This document shows positions 51,481-64,000 of a stretch of 64,000 nucleotides of DNA, piece after piece. The number at the start of each line of letters is the position of its first letter. Position 1 is the stretch's first letter. Where the stretch lies: the NCBI GenBank assembly GCA_039545335.1, contig BCIN01000003.1, positions 620,001 to 684,000 of the forward strand, read 5' to 3'. This DNA comes from Kondoa subrosea. Lineage: Eukaryota. Below the pieces are notes generated by a model, which was not told where the DNA came from, searched no databases, and saw only the letters and a program-made list of their open reading frames with translations. The position numbers and the translations under genes are program-made.

Positions 51481-51674
51481 CGCGCGAAAGTGGGAATGCC
51501 AGCGGGCGGGCAACAAGGAGGGTTGTTGAAACTGCCAACCGACTGCGAAAAAAGACGGTCCAGCCGGTTTTTTAAGGCAAACGCGTGGAAATGCTGTTTT
51601 GATTGAACGCGTCCAACGCGTTTTCATAGCTCAACAACCTCGCCCCGCGTTGACCGTGCACAAACGTCACGAAA
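51481..51674. promoter_or_regulatory. Cluster of MCB (ACGCGT) and SCB (CRCGAAA) cell-cycle boxes upstream of the cyclin
   Basis: ACGCGT at 51581, 51607 and 51616; CGCGAAA at 51483; CACGAAA at 51668; CCGCGT at 51645. Confidence 0.7.
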
Positions 51675-53776
51675 AGAGGGAACAAGCTTCCGTCGGCGAT
51701 CAGGAAAGTTGCATATGAATGACGTTTTTTGTGGTCGAGAGCAAGTTGAAGGTACAAACAAAGAAGAAAAAGGAGATAACAAGGTCAGGAGCACTCACGT
51801 TGTTTGTACGGATGCAGAGGTGTTGACTTTTTCCTCCTTCCAGAAGAATTGATTTGAGCTGTAGACCGAAAAGCAGACATCAAGTCAGCTTCGGGTTCTT
51901 TCTGTCTTCGCTAAACCAGTAGAGAAGAGCATGCGAAAAGGAGAGCAGAGCGAGAAGAAGAGCAAGAGAGCAAGAGAGCAAGAGGCACTAGGATGGAGTG
52001 CTTAGCCTGTTCCCAATAATTGTCGGTTGGAAATTGTCGTCTCGAATGTCGCCCTGTCTTTAAGCTTTCCGACCTGTGCGAATCGGAACCTTCACAAGGA
52101 ACGTCATGATCTGCACGACGACCGATCTCAAGGGGAGCTCCAGGTCCTGATGGATAGGCTTTGACTTTTTTGTTCCAATACCGTTTCAACTGAATTCGCT
52201 GCTGGTTATCGAGATTCACACCACCGTTCATTGAAACCAGTCTCCTGCAACGCTTGTTGGATGCTGTTTCAAAGGATTGAAGTGGTTGCTGCCAATTCCG
52301 CTGAATATCCGACAATTCATCCAAATTCGTTTTGAGCGCATTCAAGCCACTTTGGAGCGTTTGGTTCATGTATTGCTTTCTTGCTTGGAGGGATGGACCT
52401 CCTCAATGATGTCTGGTCGCGATACAAGCAACACGCAGTCGAAATAGTGGAAAGAAGCGGGAAAACGAAGAGCAAAGAAGAAAACCGAAATGGAAGCCTC
52501 ACCTTTATAGCTAGGAGAAGGATTGTATGAACTCTTGCAAGTGCTTGAGCAGAAATCTGCGCGTCTTGAATCAACATCAACGCTTCTGAACATTTGGTCA
52601 AAGCGTTGTCAGACTTACTTTGATGAAATGAACGAGGACAGTGAGGATGCACCAAATGAAGATGCTCCGGTCTGAGCTTGTCTGAAGTTGGATTAGAGGT
52701 TAAAGGACGCGAGTCTAGCTTGAAGCAAATGACGAGTCAGGTAAGCAGTCTCTTCGCCAAAGATTCGACGCGATGAGCTCACGACTTTTGCTGTCTGTAG
52801 GTGCATCGAATGCAATGGATGAGCAAGAGGAAGCCAAGCTAGCTTCAGCACATGCTTGCTAACCTCTTTGACTTTAGCGAGAAACTTCTTTCTACAGCTT
52901 GATTGACCCGAACAAGGCGGGACTTGTATGTATGCGCTAAATGAGGCAGAATAACAAAGGCCAGCTTTATGGTGATCAGAAGCAGAAGGGATCTGAAAAT
53001 GTTGGAAAAGCTGTCTTTATCGAAAGTCAAATTGGCGTTGCCTTGACTGCAATGCGACAACAAGCAATCGCGGACTCACTATTCCTTCTTGCTTCTCTCT
53101 CTTTCTCTTGTTTTTCTGTTGTCGTGATATAATATGTGTGCCGTGCTTGAACTCTCCGAATGCGAGCTGTGCTTTGAATTTGGATTTGATATGCAAAGAT
53201 ATGAGATGCGGCGTTGCTGAAAGAAAGACAGATAGGCAAGCTCTGCCCCTCTGTACTCTATCTGTGCTTGGTGTTTCTTCAGAATTTCATAGCTGCTTGA
53301 GAGCTCTTCGGAACAACCTTGAGTGTGGCTTGAAGAAAGCAGAAGAGAAAGGGATCGTGCTTGCTGCGTGCTCAAAGAAGTCAGAAGACACAAGAAGACA
53401 ACCTTCTTCATCCCGTAATGTATTTTGTGTTTCATGATTCTGTCTATGCTCTGCGACTCTTTACGCGACTTACGACCTATGCGCGAGTACAGACAGCACA
53501 GAACAGTACCAAGTCTTCCTACCGCGGCGTGAAAGTATTTTGCTCACGCGTTCGGCTGACTTTATGCTCATGCGAGTTCTTTTCATGAGCGGAACAGAAC
53601 TTCTGCATGGGAATTGTCAAATAGCATATTCTAATATTCTAGTCCGCACATTAATGGTAAAATGCATCGCACGCATAAGTTATGACCCCAAGTGCTTTTT
53701 CAAGGCCTCAAAAACCCTCTATTGCCCAACCTTCTGAAACTTCTAATTCACCCCTTACAGAACCGCTCCCAATCTC

Positions 53777-55083
53777 TTATACCTCCTCCAAAGTCGCACC
53801 TGGTCCCACTTCTAGTACTTTCCAATCGCAATCTACATTACCCAACTCTTTCCACCTCTTCTGAATCTCGTTCCCTATCGCATCAAAGTTATGCGTCGCC
53901 AAAGCCAAGATGGTTGGTCCTGCTCCAGATAGACATATACCCAGCAAGCCATCGTGCGATTTCGGTGTTACTGATGCAAGGATTTCAGGAAGAGCAGGTA
54001 TCTAGTTTTCCCATGCAAGTCAGAATGGAATTCGCCATTAGAAAGAGTTTAAAGGAAAAAAGAGACGTACGAGGTGTTTTCGATATGGTTGATGTATCTT
54101 ATCTTGCATTGCTTGAAATATCAGGTCTGCGTCTGGCGGTGATCTTGTCAAAGCAGTGGTAAGAACTGCTAATCTTTGAAGGTTGAATACCTATCGTCCC
54201 TTTTATTCAGCAAATACGTCCACCAAGTCAAAAGATAGCACTCACGCAATCCCTTAATGAATACGATTCTTTTAGAGCTCCTCTGGCTTTTGCTGTACTT
54301 AATTCAAATCTCGGCACAACAGTGACGGCTTTGATTTCTTTAGCCCAACCAAATTGTACGCAGTGCCCAATCCCGAAAGGAGGTATAGGTGGATCTTTAC
54401 CCCAATTTTCTCCAGCATCCGGTGGATATTCAGGTAAGACCTCAGCCAAAGGTACAGAAGTTGCAGAAGTATCTTGATCTGATAATTCCCTTAGGTAAGA
54501 TCCAACGAATCCTCCTATTAAAGCAGCTGCAACGTTGTCCGGATGTCTTTCTACCATTAAAGCGAAATCTAATCTTCTTCCTTGACTGAGTTGTAGATTA
54601 CCTAATGCATCCGCTAAAAGTACACCTGCTATGACTGCTGCACCTGAAGATCCCATTCCTCGACCAAAAGGTATTTCATTGTGAACGTGTAAGAGTAGTT
54701 TGGAAGGGAAGGAAACGATAGAGTGACATCGTAAGACATAGAGAGCTACTCGAGTGATGAGATTCTTGTAAGGATCCAAAGGTGCTTCATCTGCTCCTTC
54801 GCCTGAGCAAGTAATCACTGGTAATACGGTCTCTTGGCTAGGAGAGAGGTGCACATCCAGTGTGAGGTAGACAGAAAGCGAGAGACCAAGTACATCAAAG
54901 CCAGGTCCTGATGTCAGAGAAAAAGAATAGCATGAATCAATTTGTGTAATGGAAGTTCGCCAAGAAGGGAGCGCACCAATATTAGCAGAGGACGCAGGGA
55001 CTCGTATTCGATACTAGCAATGTCTGCATTGAGCTACTACTAGCTCTGTTCGTGTTGAAAGCTACCTTGCGTTCTTTTGACAT
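53777..55083 (-). CDS. THR1: Homoserine kinase (GHMP)
   Basis: RVPASSANIGPGFDVLG, PFGRGMGSSGAA, ERHPDNVAAA, MQDKIHQPYR, LSGAGPTIL. Confidence 0.97.
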
Positions 55084-55243
55084 GGCTGTCGAAAAGTCAA
55101 TATACAGCATTGGGGAAGCCAAAGACTCCCGACTCCTGTTGAGTGCTCGTCGCGAAAGAGACCTTGGACAATGCTCATTGTTTCCACAACACAGCTAATA
55201 CAATTTTTGGAAGCGAAACCCTTTGACCCATACAGAACACTCT

Positions 55244-57606
55244 TTAAGCTGCCAACTGAGGTCCAGCATTGCGAACAGCAGGTGTGCAATCGGACTGTGA
55301 GAACGAAAACCTTCAGCATTGAAAATATGCGAAGAGTGTTTCTGTCAACTCACGGAGTATTTTTCGAAGGCCTCGTTGAACATCTTTCCGAGCTTGTTGC
55401 GCTCAGCGTCGAAAGCACTGGAATCTGACCATGCTTTTGCAGGGTTGAGCAATTTGCTATCAATACCTTCAACAGCTGAGGGAATAGATAGGTTGAAAAC
55501 ACCGAACTGTGAAATGGCAGCAATTGTTTCAGCTCAATATCGAGCAGCGAACGCGAGCCAACCCACGTTTTCGAACTTGCACTTGGCTAAGCTTCCATCG
55601 TGAATAGCATCCACAATAGCACGCGTAGCTTTGAGAGGGCAACGCTTGCCAACACCGAACTTTCCTCCAGTCCAGCCAGTGTTGAGCAGCCAGCACTTGG
55701 ATCCAGCCTTGGTCATACGTTCGGCCAACATGGTAGCGTATCGCGATGGGTGCAAGACAATGAAAGGTTGACCGAAGCAGGTCGAGAAAGTCGGTGATGG
55801 TTCTGTTACACCATCTTCAGTTCCAGGAGTTTTCGAGCTGCCTAGAACATAAGCTGCTACATTAAGGGCAATGTGTTGTATAGCTTACGTGTAACCCAAG
55901 ATGAACCAGCTATTACAGAGTATCAGCTTCAAGTTTTCACTCGCAGTATGTGATAGCTTACTATTGCGCCTGCTCAGGAGTGAGAAGAGAGACAGGTGGC
56001 AGGACACCGTAAGCGTCGCAAGTAAGGTAGATGACATTGCTTGGTTGAGCGTCTGCGATGCAAGGGATTTTGGCGTTTCTGTGCGTCACAAGCAGATCAG
56101 CAGCCGCAGTAAACGGCCCAAGACTGTCTGACGCACGGAATGAATTCGATAGGGTAGGCGCATCTGGTGTTTTCGGTAATTCCATCATCAGCGTAATCTG
56201 GTTCTCTGGTATCTCTGTCGAAAGAGACATTCTCTAAAATAGAACCGAAGCGAATAGCATTATAGATTTCGGGTTCCTTCTCTTTCGCTAGACCAATGCA
56301 CTTGGCGTAGCAACCACCCTCGATGTTGAAAACGCCATTGTCAGCCCAAACATGTTCGTCATCGCCAATAAGAGCTCGGTGAGGGTCAGCGGAAAGAGTA
56401 GTCTTGCCAGTTCCTGAAAGACCGAAGAAGAGAGAAACATCGCCGTTTGGTCCTTCATTCGCTGACGAGTGAAGAGAAAGTTGACCGAATTTGACTGGTT
56501 GGAGATAGTGCATGACACTGAAGATACCCTTCTTCATTTCCCCAGCGTACTGTAACATCAGGTCAATACAACTCCAAATGAAGATATTATTGCCTCTTTG
56601 CCTACCTCTGTACCGAGGATGACCATCTCGTTTCTCTTGAAGTTAAGTTCGACTGAAGTAGTTGAAGTCATGCCAGCGGTGAAACGATTGGCAGGGAATT
56701 GTCCAGCGTTGTCTGTGAAATGGGAAGGGCTCGTAAGTTCGATGCAGCTGGGAGTTGACAAGTCAACTGACAGATAGTAAAGTCTGGAGTGCCGAATTCT
56801 GCTAACTCCTTCTTTGTTGGTCGAATAAGCACTACATACAGGTCAGCAACAGTCTGCAGCGTGAGCAGGCGAACTGACTGTTGTTCATGAAGAGAGCATG
56901 GTAAGCACGAGCGCAAATCACTCGAACTTTGATGCGGTACTTGGGGTGCCATCCAGCGAATCCATCGAAGACGTATACGTTATCACGAGTGTTCAAGTAA
57001 TCGATAGCTCGTTCTCTGTTAATTTCGAAAGTGTGTTCATCAAGCTTGATGTTGACTGATCCCCACCAGATGTCGTCTTTTGAAGTCTCTTCGTATACGA
57101 TACGTTTGTCTTTTGGTGATCGACCAGTCTTCTTACCAGAGCTGAAACAGAGTAAGCATGCTAAAATTATAAATGGGAACACAGACTGACTAGTTGATCA
57201 AAGCTCCTGAAGCGGAGATAACAGCTCCTTCGTACTTGACAGCATCTTCGTACAATTGAGCAACAGGTGCGTTTCGCTTCAAGTGCTGTCAAACCGCATA
57301 GGTGTCAGAATGCGGGACTCCGGACAAAAGGAGAAGGCGGTGTTACAATCTTTTCCATGTCGAAACCAGCTTCTGAGAACATGTCCAGGTCTTTGCCAAC
57401 AAGAGAGTAGTGAGCACTGTATATCAAGCTTAGCGGATGGTAGCATATTGGCTTCGTCAGAATTTACCTTGGACCGCTGCGTTTTGGGCATGCTTTTAGC
57501 ACTGCATAAGCGAGCATCAAGGCGAAGCTCACCCTTCCTGCTGGTCAATAGGTGCTTTCATACCAGGTGTGCCGGGACGAGCGGGAGTACCATGACTGAG
57601 GACCAT
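55244..57606 (-). CDS. PCK1: Phosphoenolpyruvate carboxykinase (ATP)
   Basis: [66 protein letters not shown]. The 5' end includes a 9-nt microexon. Confidence 0.98.
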
Positions 57607-57979
57607 ATTTGGAATTGAGATGGAGTAAGGGGAAGAGAAGGACAGATGCTAGCAAGAATAGCGAAGAAAGATGAGCGGGAAGTCTGACACAGCCGCTTTC
57701 TGTCGAGGCTCACGAGCTATTGCAAGCGAACTCAATTTCAATGCCTGCCGACCGATAACTGCGAAGACTCACTTAATCCTAATTGTTATATGTATTCGAG
57801 ACAGAAGGACACAAAGGAGCTCTTCTATCACAATAAGCAATTGGTTCAAGAGAAGTCGACTCTCGCGAGCCTATCCCAGCTCATGAATTCGGAACGGAAC
57901 GCCTCGACTTCCCGAGAACGGACTTTATAAGGGGTTCCCCGGATTTGCTCAAGCTTGTTGTGCACTGCGAATGAACTAG

Positions 57980-58593
57980 ATGTGGCTTCATTTGCTACCT
58001 GTGGAGGTGGCATGTAATACCATAGCACCTTTAGAATGGACTGGAACGTCAATCTCAAGCCTGCGGACTGCAATGCACATGCTTGGCAAGAGAAGCAGTA
58101 GCCCGCAGATAGTGATTAGGCCATTGCGAAGAGCGGACCTACCTAGAGTCATCAAATTGCACGTAAGCGCACTACTGCTCAAGGTTTCCACCAAGTAGAA
58201 GCTCATTGTTGGATGCTGTAGCACTCAGTCCTCACTTCGAAGCTTCGAACTTCCTTCTATCTCAACACGCTCCTGCAAGCGGACAAGCTCTGTCTGGTTG
58301 CTGTGCATCGAATGGAAGTCATAGGTTGCGTTGCAGCGACTCTTGATTCTTCTTCCCTTTACCTTTCTTCGCTCTTTGTTTCGCCAAATTATCAGAATCA
58401 AGGGGTAGCATCGCTGTTGTGTAACGCTCTACCGAAGAGGAAGAGAATGTCCTTGCACTGTGCGAAGAGCAACATAGCGGGAAGACGGTTTTATGAAGCA
58501 AGAGGGTTTAAAGCGATTCGAAGTTGTCCGGGATTTTATAGGGGAGTGTTGAAGGACAGTGATGCGATAGAATATGTGCGAGAAGAACAGTGA
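57980..58593 (+). CDS. GNAT N-acetyltransferase (RimI/Naa50-like)
   Basis: IRPLRRADLPRVIKLH, LYLSSLFVSPNYQNQGVAS, LHCAKSNIAGRRFYEARGF, GFYRG...DAI. The start could be 58073. Confidence 0.85.
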
Positions 58594-58731
58594 AGCGGGT
58601 CAATACGGGGTTGTCTCTTTGTAATTGGTACATTTGGTGTAGGCATATGTACATCTGTAATCTAATATATAGTCAGTTGAGCACGACATAGATATAATAT
58701 AGAGCACCTACTCACTTCACAATCAAACTGT

Positions 58732-61174
58732 CTAATAAGCTGCTCCTTGACCATTCTTCCTCGAATCGCTCGCAGCTATTCAAATCATCAAATTTGACAG
58801 AGCCAAAGTCTGTCGGGACTTACCGATATACCAGCCTTCCGGATTGCGTTGAACAGCTTGCTGTAAGAGAATGAAACCGGATCAGCACGTCATCGAGCTG
58901 ATTCAGTATTCCTTACGATTTCACAAGCCGCAACATTGATGTCAAACATTGTTATACTACGGGCTTGTCAGTGATGCACAAAGAGTAAGAAGAGTGTGAC
59001 TCACTTGTGACCTCGATCACTCAATGCTGACAGCAATTCAGGTTGGATTCCGCTCTCGATCGAAACCTGTCTGAACGCCTTAGACTGGCCGAAACCGACC
59101 GCGACATAGCTTACGTAAGAAGGTAAGAGCTGATGATGGACTCTAGGCTCTTCAATAGCATGACTTAGATCGTAGCCCCAATCCAAGTTGAGCAACACCT
59201 ATGTCGAATATCAGCTTCAAATACTTCCAACTTGGCGAACAAATGCTCACTTGTGCAACAGCACCAAATATTCTACTTCCACCAGATCCACCAACAGCAA
59301 GCATTACTCTTCCATTCTCACCCTCCATAATCATCGGGCTTGTAGAACTGAGTGGTCTTTTCCCAATTCCTCCTTGAATTTTAGGTCCTTCAGGATAATT
59401 AAAAGGACTAGGTCTTAAACCAAAGATATCAGGTCGATTAGGTACTGCGAAATCATTCATCTCGTCGTTTAGGATCACACCCGTTTTAGGATCTCGAACA
59501 CGAGAACCAAAAATGAAATTGACGGTTGTGGTCAAGGCTACTGCTGAACCTTGAGAATCGATGATTGATAAATGAGTGGTCCCGTGATCTGGTTTGATGT
59601 CGAATTTAGCATTGTAGTATTCAAGTGTATGAGTTTGGTTCTTGCAAAACACACAGATCAGATAAAAGTATCAGGAGAGAAGCAAGTAAATACATACATC
59701 TTGTATATGAGCTAGGGTTTGCCGACCAAACTCTTTTGTTTCGATATGATGCCACTTCTGAGCATCCTTCATGAAAGCTGGATCCCCAAATTCAGTTCGA
59801 TGAGCGAAAGCGACTATGACTCCGTCATCAGCAACAACCATAAGCATCGTGTAATGTGGAGTCACATTTCTGAGCCTCAACAAAGCGATGAACGTTTAAT
59901 CCCGTTCTTCCTTCTTGAACGTAATCTTCGATCGGTTCAAGCGTATTCAACAGACTCAAGAGCACAGGACCAGAAGAAGGAGCTCCAGAAGTCCAGATCG
60001 TTCGTTTCCTATATGTTCCTCTCGTAGCTGGTTCAACTGTTGCTGTATAGGAAGCCATATCGTCCATGGTCAGAATACCGCCAGCGTTTTGGGTAGTTCT
60101 GACAAGAGATTCGGCAATAGGACCCTAGACCATATTCAGAGAGCACATAATAGCAAGAGAAAACAGATTTACGTAATAGAAAGCATCTGCACCATGTTTC
60201 GCTATCGTACGCAAAGTGTTGGCTAAAGCAGGTTGACGAATGATATCTCCAGCTTTCAAGAATTCTCCTTCAGGCAAGAAGATTTCTCTCCACTCAGGTA
60301 AATCATGCATGAAATCGGCAAAGAGCTGTCAGAAATTGGCATATTCGTTAGCTGAATGAAGCAGCTAAAAAATTAGGGATTATTAACCGGAACTTGTAAT
60401 CTCCTAGCTAATTCTTTACCGACCACATGAGCTTCCGCGATTTCAATTACTGGTTCAAACAATTCTTTCCAAGATAAACCACCTCCATACAATTTGTAAG
60501 CGGCTTCCAATCCTCTTAATTCACCAGGTACGCCCACAGAGAGACCACCGACGAGAGAAGAAGTCTTGTCGAACATATCTGGATGAGAGCCTGTTGGACA
60601 AGATTCACGGAAGTTGATACTGATTGGTGTTGCATTGAAATGGTTTGCAGGACGAATGACCATGAAACCACCTCCTCCAATACTTATTACCCATTAAATC
60701 ATATTGAGCAAGAAGAAACCTGGGATGAAGAAGATTGACTGACCCGCTACTGAACATGTTTGTAACTCCTATACATAAAGTTGAAGAAATTGCAGCATCC
60801 ACAGCATTTCCACCTTTCTTGAGTATTTCAACACCAACATGAGAACAAATATCAACTTCTGTTGCTACAGCTCCATTTTGACCTCTAACGAAATAAGATG
60901 GGTTTCTTAAACCAGGTTGTGGACCAGGTAGAGTGTAATTCAAAGGAAGTTTGCTTTCCTTCTCGTTTGAGTTCCGATCATGATATAGACGACGGAAAGC
61001 TTCTACCACGAGTAGGATAGTTAGAGCAAATGCAGCCAAAGCTAAGATTCGATAGAGAATGCGTTTGGTTGTATGATCTCGCTGCGAAGGTCGCTGGCTC
61101 CGTGAAGAAGAAGTGGGTAACAGAGGCTCTCTAGAGCTGGTATCTTCATTCTGTCGCTGCTTGCCTTTCGACAT
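58732..61174 (-). CDS. ECM38: Gamma-glutamyltranspeptidase (type II membrane anchor)
   Basis: N-terminal TM, GGNAVDAAI, INFRE, VGVPGELRG, catalytic GTTHLS, LNDEMNDF, GKRPLSS, GGSGGSRI, ASDSRKNG. Confidence 0.96.
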
Positions 61175-61259
61175 GGTTCTTCGAGATTTATGACCGTTTG
61201 TCAGCAACGTCCATCCATCTGTTGCTGCCTTGCTCTGATAGCCACTCTAGAAAGTCAAG

Positions 61260-61635
61260 ATGTCCACATACATTGATCCAGATGCAGTACCACCAGCGGC
61301 CAAGCATCTCTTTCGAAGGAACAGCTCAATTTCGAGTTCGGACTCTGGTACATCTTCATCATTGGACAGCGAAGGCAGCGCAAGAGATGCTCAGCTACAG
61401 CGGGAATATGAAGAGAGTATGAGGCAATTGCAAATGCTCGTATCTGTGGTTGCATTGCCGTTTATTGGGAAATGGTTAGGTAGGAAAGTAGCTTATGCTG
61501 GTCCGTGTCTTTGTCCGTGATTGAATAACAGCATGCTGATGGATGACCCGATCAGCTTGGGGTCGATTTCTCGATGTTGGCCTAAACCTGCAATTCTTCG
61601 TTGGCTCAAGATTGTCAATGTGGATCAAGAGCTAG
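61260..61635 (+). CDS. MIM2: Mitochondrial outer-membrane import protein Mim2
   Basis: AQLQREYEESMRQLQMLVSVVALPFIGKWLGRKVAY matches the Mim2 signature; one intron. Confidence 0.85.
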
Positions 61636-62092
61636 CTTATGTATCACGGCTGACCATTTAGAGATTGTGAGTAAGTCTTTGGACTTGTGAGCAAAGCTGA
61701 AGACACCCTTCCTGTAGCTGTCCGGCTGACATCACGAATTGCAGCACTTCGAACACAAATCTGAAATATCGGTATACCTGCATCTTCATTCAGTATTATC
61801 ATTTCAAGGCCGCATAGCAATACAATCTCAAAGTGGTCTCATCCAAGTAAGTATCCATCCTATTCGAGATTTCTCGACGAGCAATTGATGCTCTGCCTTA
61901 GTCAGGCGGATGAATTGAACATATTGTATAGAGTACACTATGTAATATATATAATCCGCATTGAAGCATAACCGAGCTCTCCCTTCCACGTACTTGATTC
62001 CCCGATAGCTCTTCGTTTCAAACAAGCATCTTGCACACATATATTTCCATTGAGCGGAATCCCTGTATACCCACGCGTATTAGTAGAGAGAG

Positions 62093-64000
62093 ATGGAGGA
62101 TTCTATATTGGATGCTACTCTGTCAGGAGCTGCTTCCAATTTCTCAGCTGCCTTGACAGCATGGAAAGGTTCATTACTCTCCAACTTCCCTCTCCCTCGC
62201 TGTAGTATGAGCTGAATGCGTTATGAGGGTAAACAGATATCAGTCTGGCTGATCTGCAGAAGAAATTGGATACTCAAGGTCCGTCTATTCCAAGTTGTAC
62301 TTTCAGCATTCGAGCTGATTACAATGACTGGGGTTATGGACAGGCTTGGAGATCGTTGAGAACCAGAAAGAGAACATGATGGGTCGTAAACGTTTAGCAG
62401 AACAAACCAGAGGTAGTTTAACCCTACTCCGTAATGTCGAATCAAACTCATGTCGCTCGAATAGATTTCAAAAAGATAGCAGAGGAAGAGAAAGCCAATG
62501 CATTCAAAGGACTTCTCAAAGGTGACACTCTTACTCTTTCGTTTCTATACTTTGGCTAATGCGTTAAGGGATATTAGCATATCAATCGGAAATCGATTCC
62601 CTTACTAAACGAAGTAAAACTGCAGAGAACGCTTTCTTGAGCGTCTACAAAGTTTTGGCGGAAGCACCTGATCCTTTTCCACTACTTGATGCAGCCGTCG
62701 TATGTTCCCTCATGATTCATTTCGACTGAATTCGCATTGAATTCCATGCACGAACATACAGGATCAAACTGCTAAAGCTTCAGAAGCAAAATTATTGGAA
62801 GCTGAACTCGCTAGAGAGAAAGAAGAGACTTCAAGTTTGAAACAACAATTAGCGGATGCTCAAAGTATTGAGAAAGAACGCAAGAAGCTCGCTGACAAGT
62901 GCGAGAAGTTTGAGCAAAAGGTAACTTTCCAAGTCGTACCAGTCAGGATAGTGGATAGCTGAATAGAAGGGTTCAGATGGATGATATGATTGCTGAAAAA
63001 GTGGATCAGAAAGAAGCTGAACTGCATGCAACATATGATGAACGGTTACGAAATTACGAAGACAGGTGAGCAAAGCTGTATGGTACCCTATGTTTAGCTG
63101 ACGGGAAGCAATAGAGAACGAGATTTGACAAAACAAGTTTCAATGTCTCGCGATCAATTGAGAGAATTGCGAAACTCGAATGAATCTACGCATGCAAAAT
63201 TACTCGACAACAATCAAAGACAAGGTCAGTCATGTCACTCTTAATGGTAGCTGTAGCTGGAAGAGTCAAGATAGATCAGGAAACTTTGGCTAGATTGACC
63301 GAAATGGATCTGATGACGGCTGATATCGAGCGCGCAAACAGTCGAGTCCTGGAGATGGAGAGACGTAACGTCAGTCTAGCGTAGACCTGCTGAGCAATTT
63401 CGTTGACATTGACTACAGGAGAAACTTCGAGCGGAAATCGAGACTGTCCGGAACGGAAGTGAGAACGAAGCTCGGTCAGTCCATATTGGCGTCTGCCTGA
63501 TACCGTCTGACGTCAGACCTGGGTATGACAGGGCTCAGGCACTAGAAACGCAGATATCAGATCTACAAACAGAGACTGCTCGCCTGATACGAAATCTGGA
63601 AGACCAGAAATTGGAGAGCGAACGCGAACAGAAACAGGACAAGAAGACAATACAAGAACGCGAAGCAAAATTGACTGCCTTAGTGAGTGCACGATATCTT
63701 CATTTCAAAGCTTGCCTGACATCCACTTACAGACGACTGAACTGCAATCTTTGCGAGAAAGAGTAGCGCAATTCGCAGACTATGATGAGATCAAGCGAGA
63801 GCTTGACATCATGAAAGTTCGCAACATTCTTGATGACTGTGTGATATGATGCCCAAATGTTTAGCAGTTTGTCGAATTCTCTGGAACGAATCTGGATGAC
63901 GATGTCGAGGGCGACGACGACTCAACCTCGCTCTCAGAGTCTGTTGTACGGATGCCTGATCCTAATGCGGACAAGAATCAGAGCAGAGGTCGGCCGCTAG
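62093..64000 (+). CDS. COY1: Golgi coiled-coil protein CASP/Coy1, 5' part (runs off window end)
   Basis: [73 protein letters not shown]. Essentially absent from the ORF track. Confidence 0.92.

Noticed and set aside
7458..57606. Pyruvate kinase and PEP carboxykinase in one window as a PEP-node cluster
   Set aside because: About 45 kb apart with many unrelated genes between; compatible with chance.

Overview
Eukaryotic, gene-dense fungal DNA. Short (~45-65 nt) GT-AG introns with CTRAY-like branch points and the protein signatures point to a basidiomycete, probably a Pucciniomycotina-type yeast (inference). I reconstructed about 34 intron-containing genes by hand; the ORF track fragments most of them and misses several. 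Recognisable genes: complex I ESSS subunit, IPP isomerase, pyruvate kinase, Mtq2/N6AMT1, GPI10, SWS1/ZSWIM7, a CSL (LAG1) transcription factor, an F-box protein, two MFS paralogs, ataxin-3, a DHCR24-like reductase, two DUF1917 paralogs, two GNATs, Rsc7/Npl6, a DJ-1/PfpI protein, a SET methyltransferase, RPN2, a G1 cyclin, homoserine kinase, PEP carboxykinase, gamma-glutamyltranspeptidase, MIM2 and COY1/CASP. I found no supportable rRNA, tRNA, CRISPR array or intact transposon. Most unusual observations: (1) a frame-preserving chain of 12 tiny exons (5-63 nt) that builds a Met/Pro low-complexity tract; (2) a stand-alone kexin-prodomain-like small gene; (3) a CSL gene apparently lacking its C-terminal domain, with two CSL sites upstream of itself; (4) an in-frame upstream ATG adding a mitochondrial-type presequence to IPP isomerase; (5) a tandem pair of orphan paralogs sharing an intron position; (6) a 4E-T-like eIF4E-binding protein. 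All gene models and family calls come from manual reading, not database searches; exon boundaries are approximate where stated.
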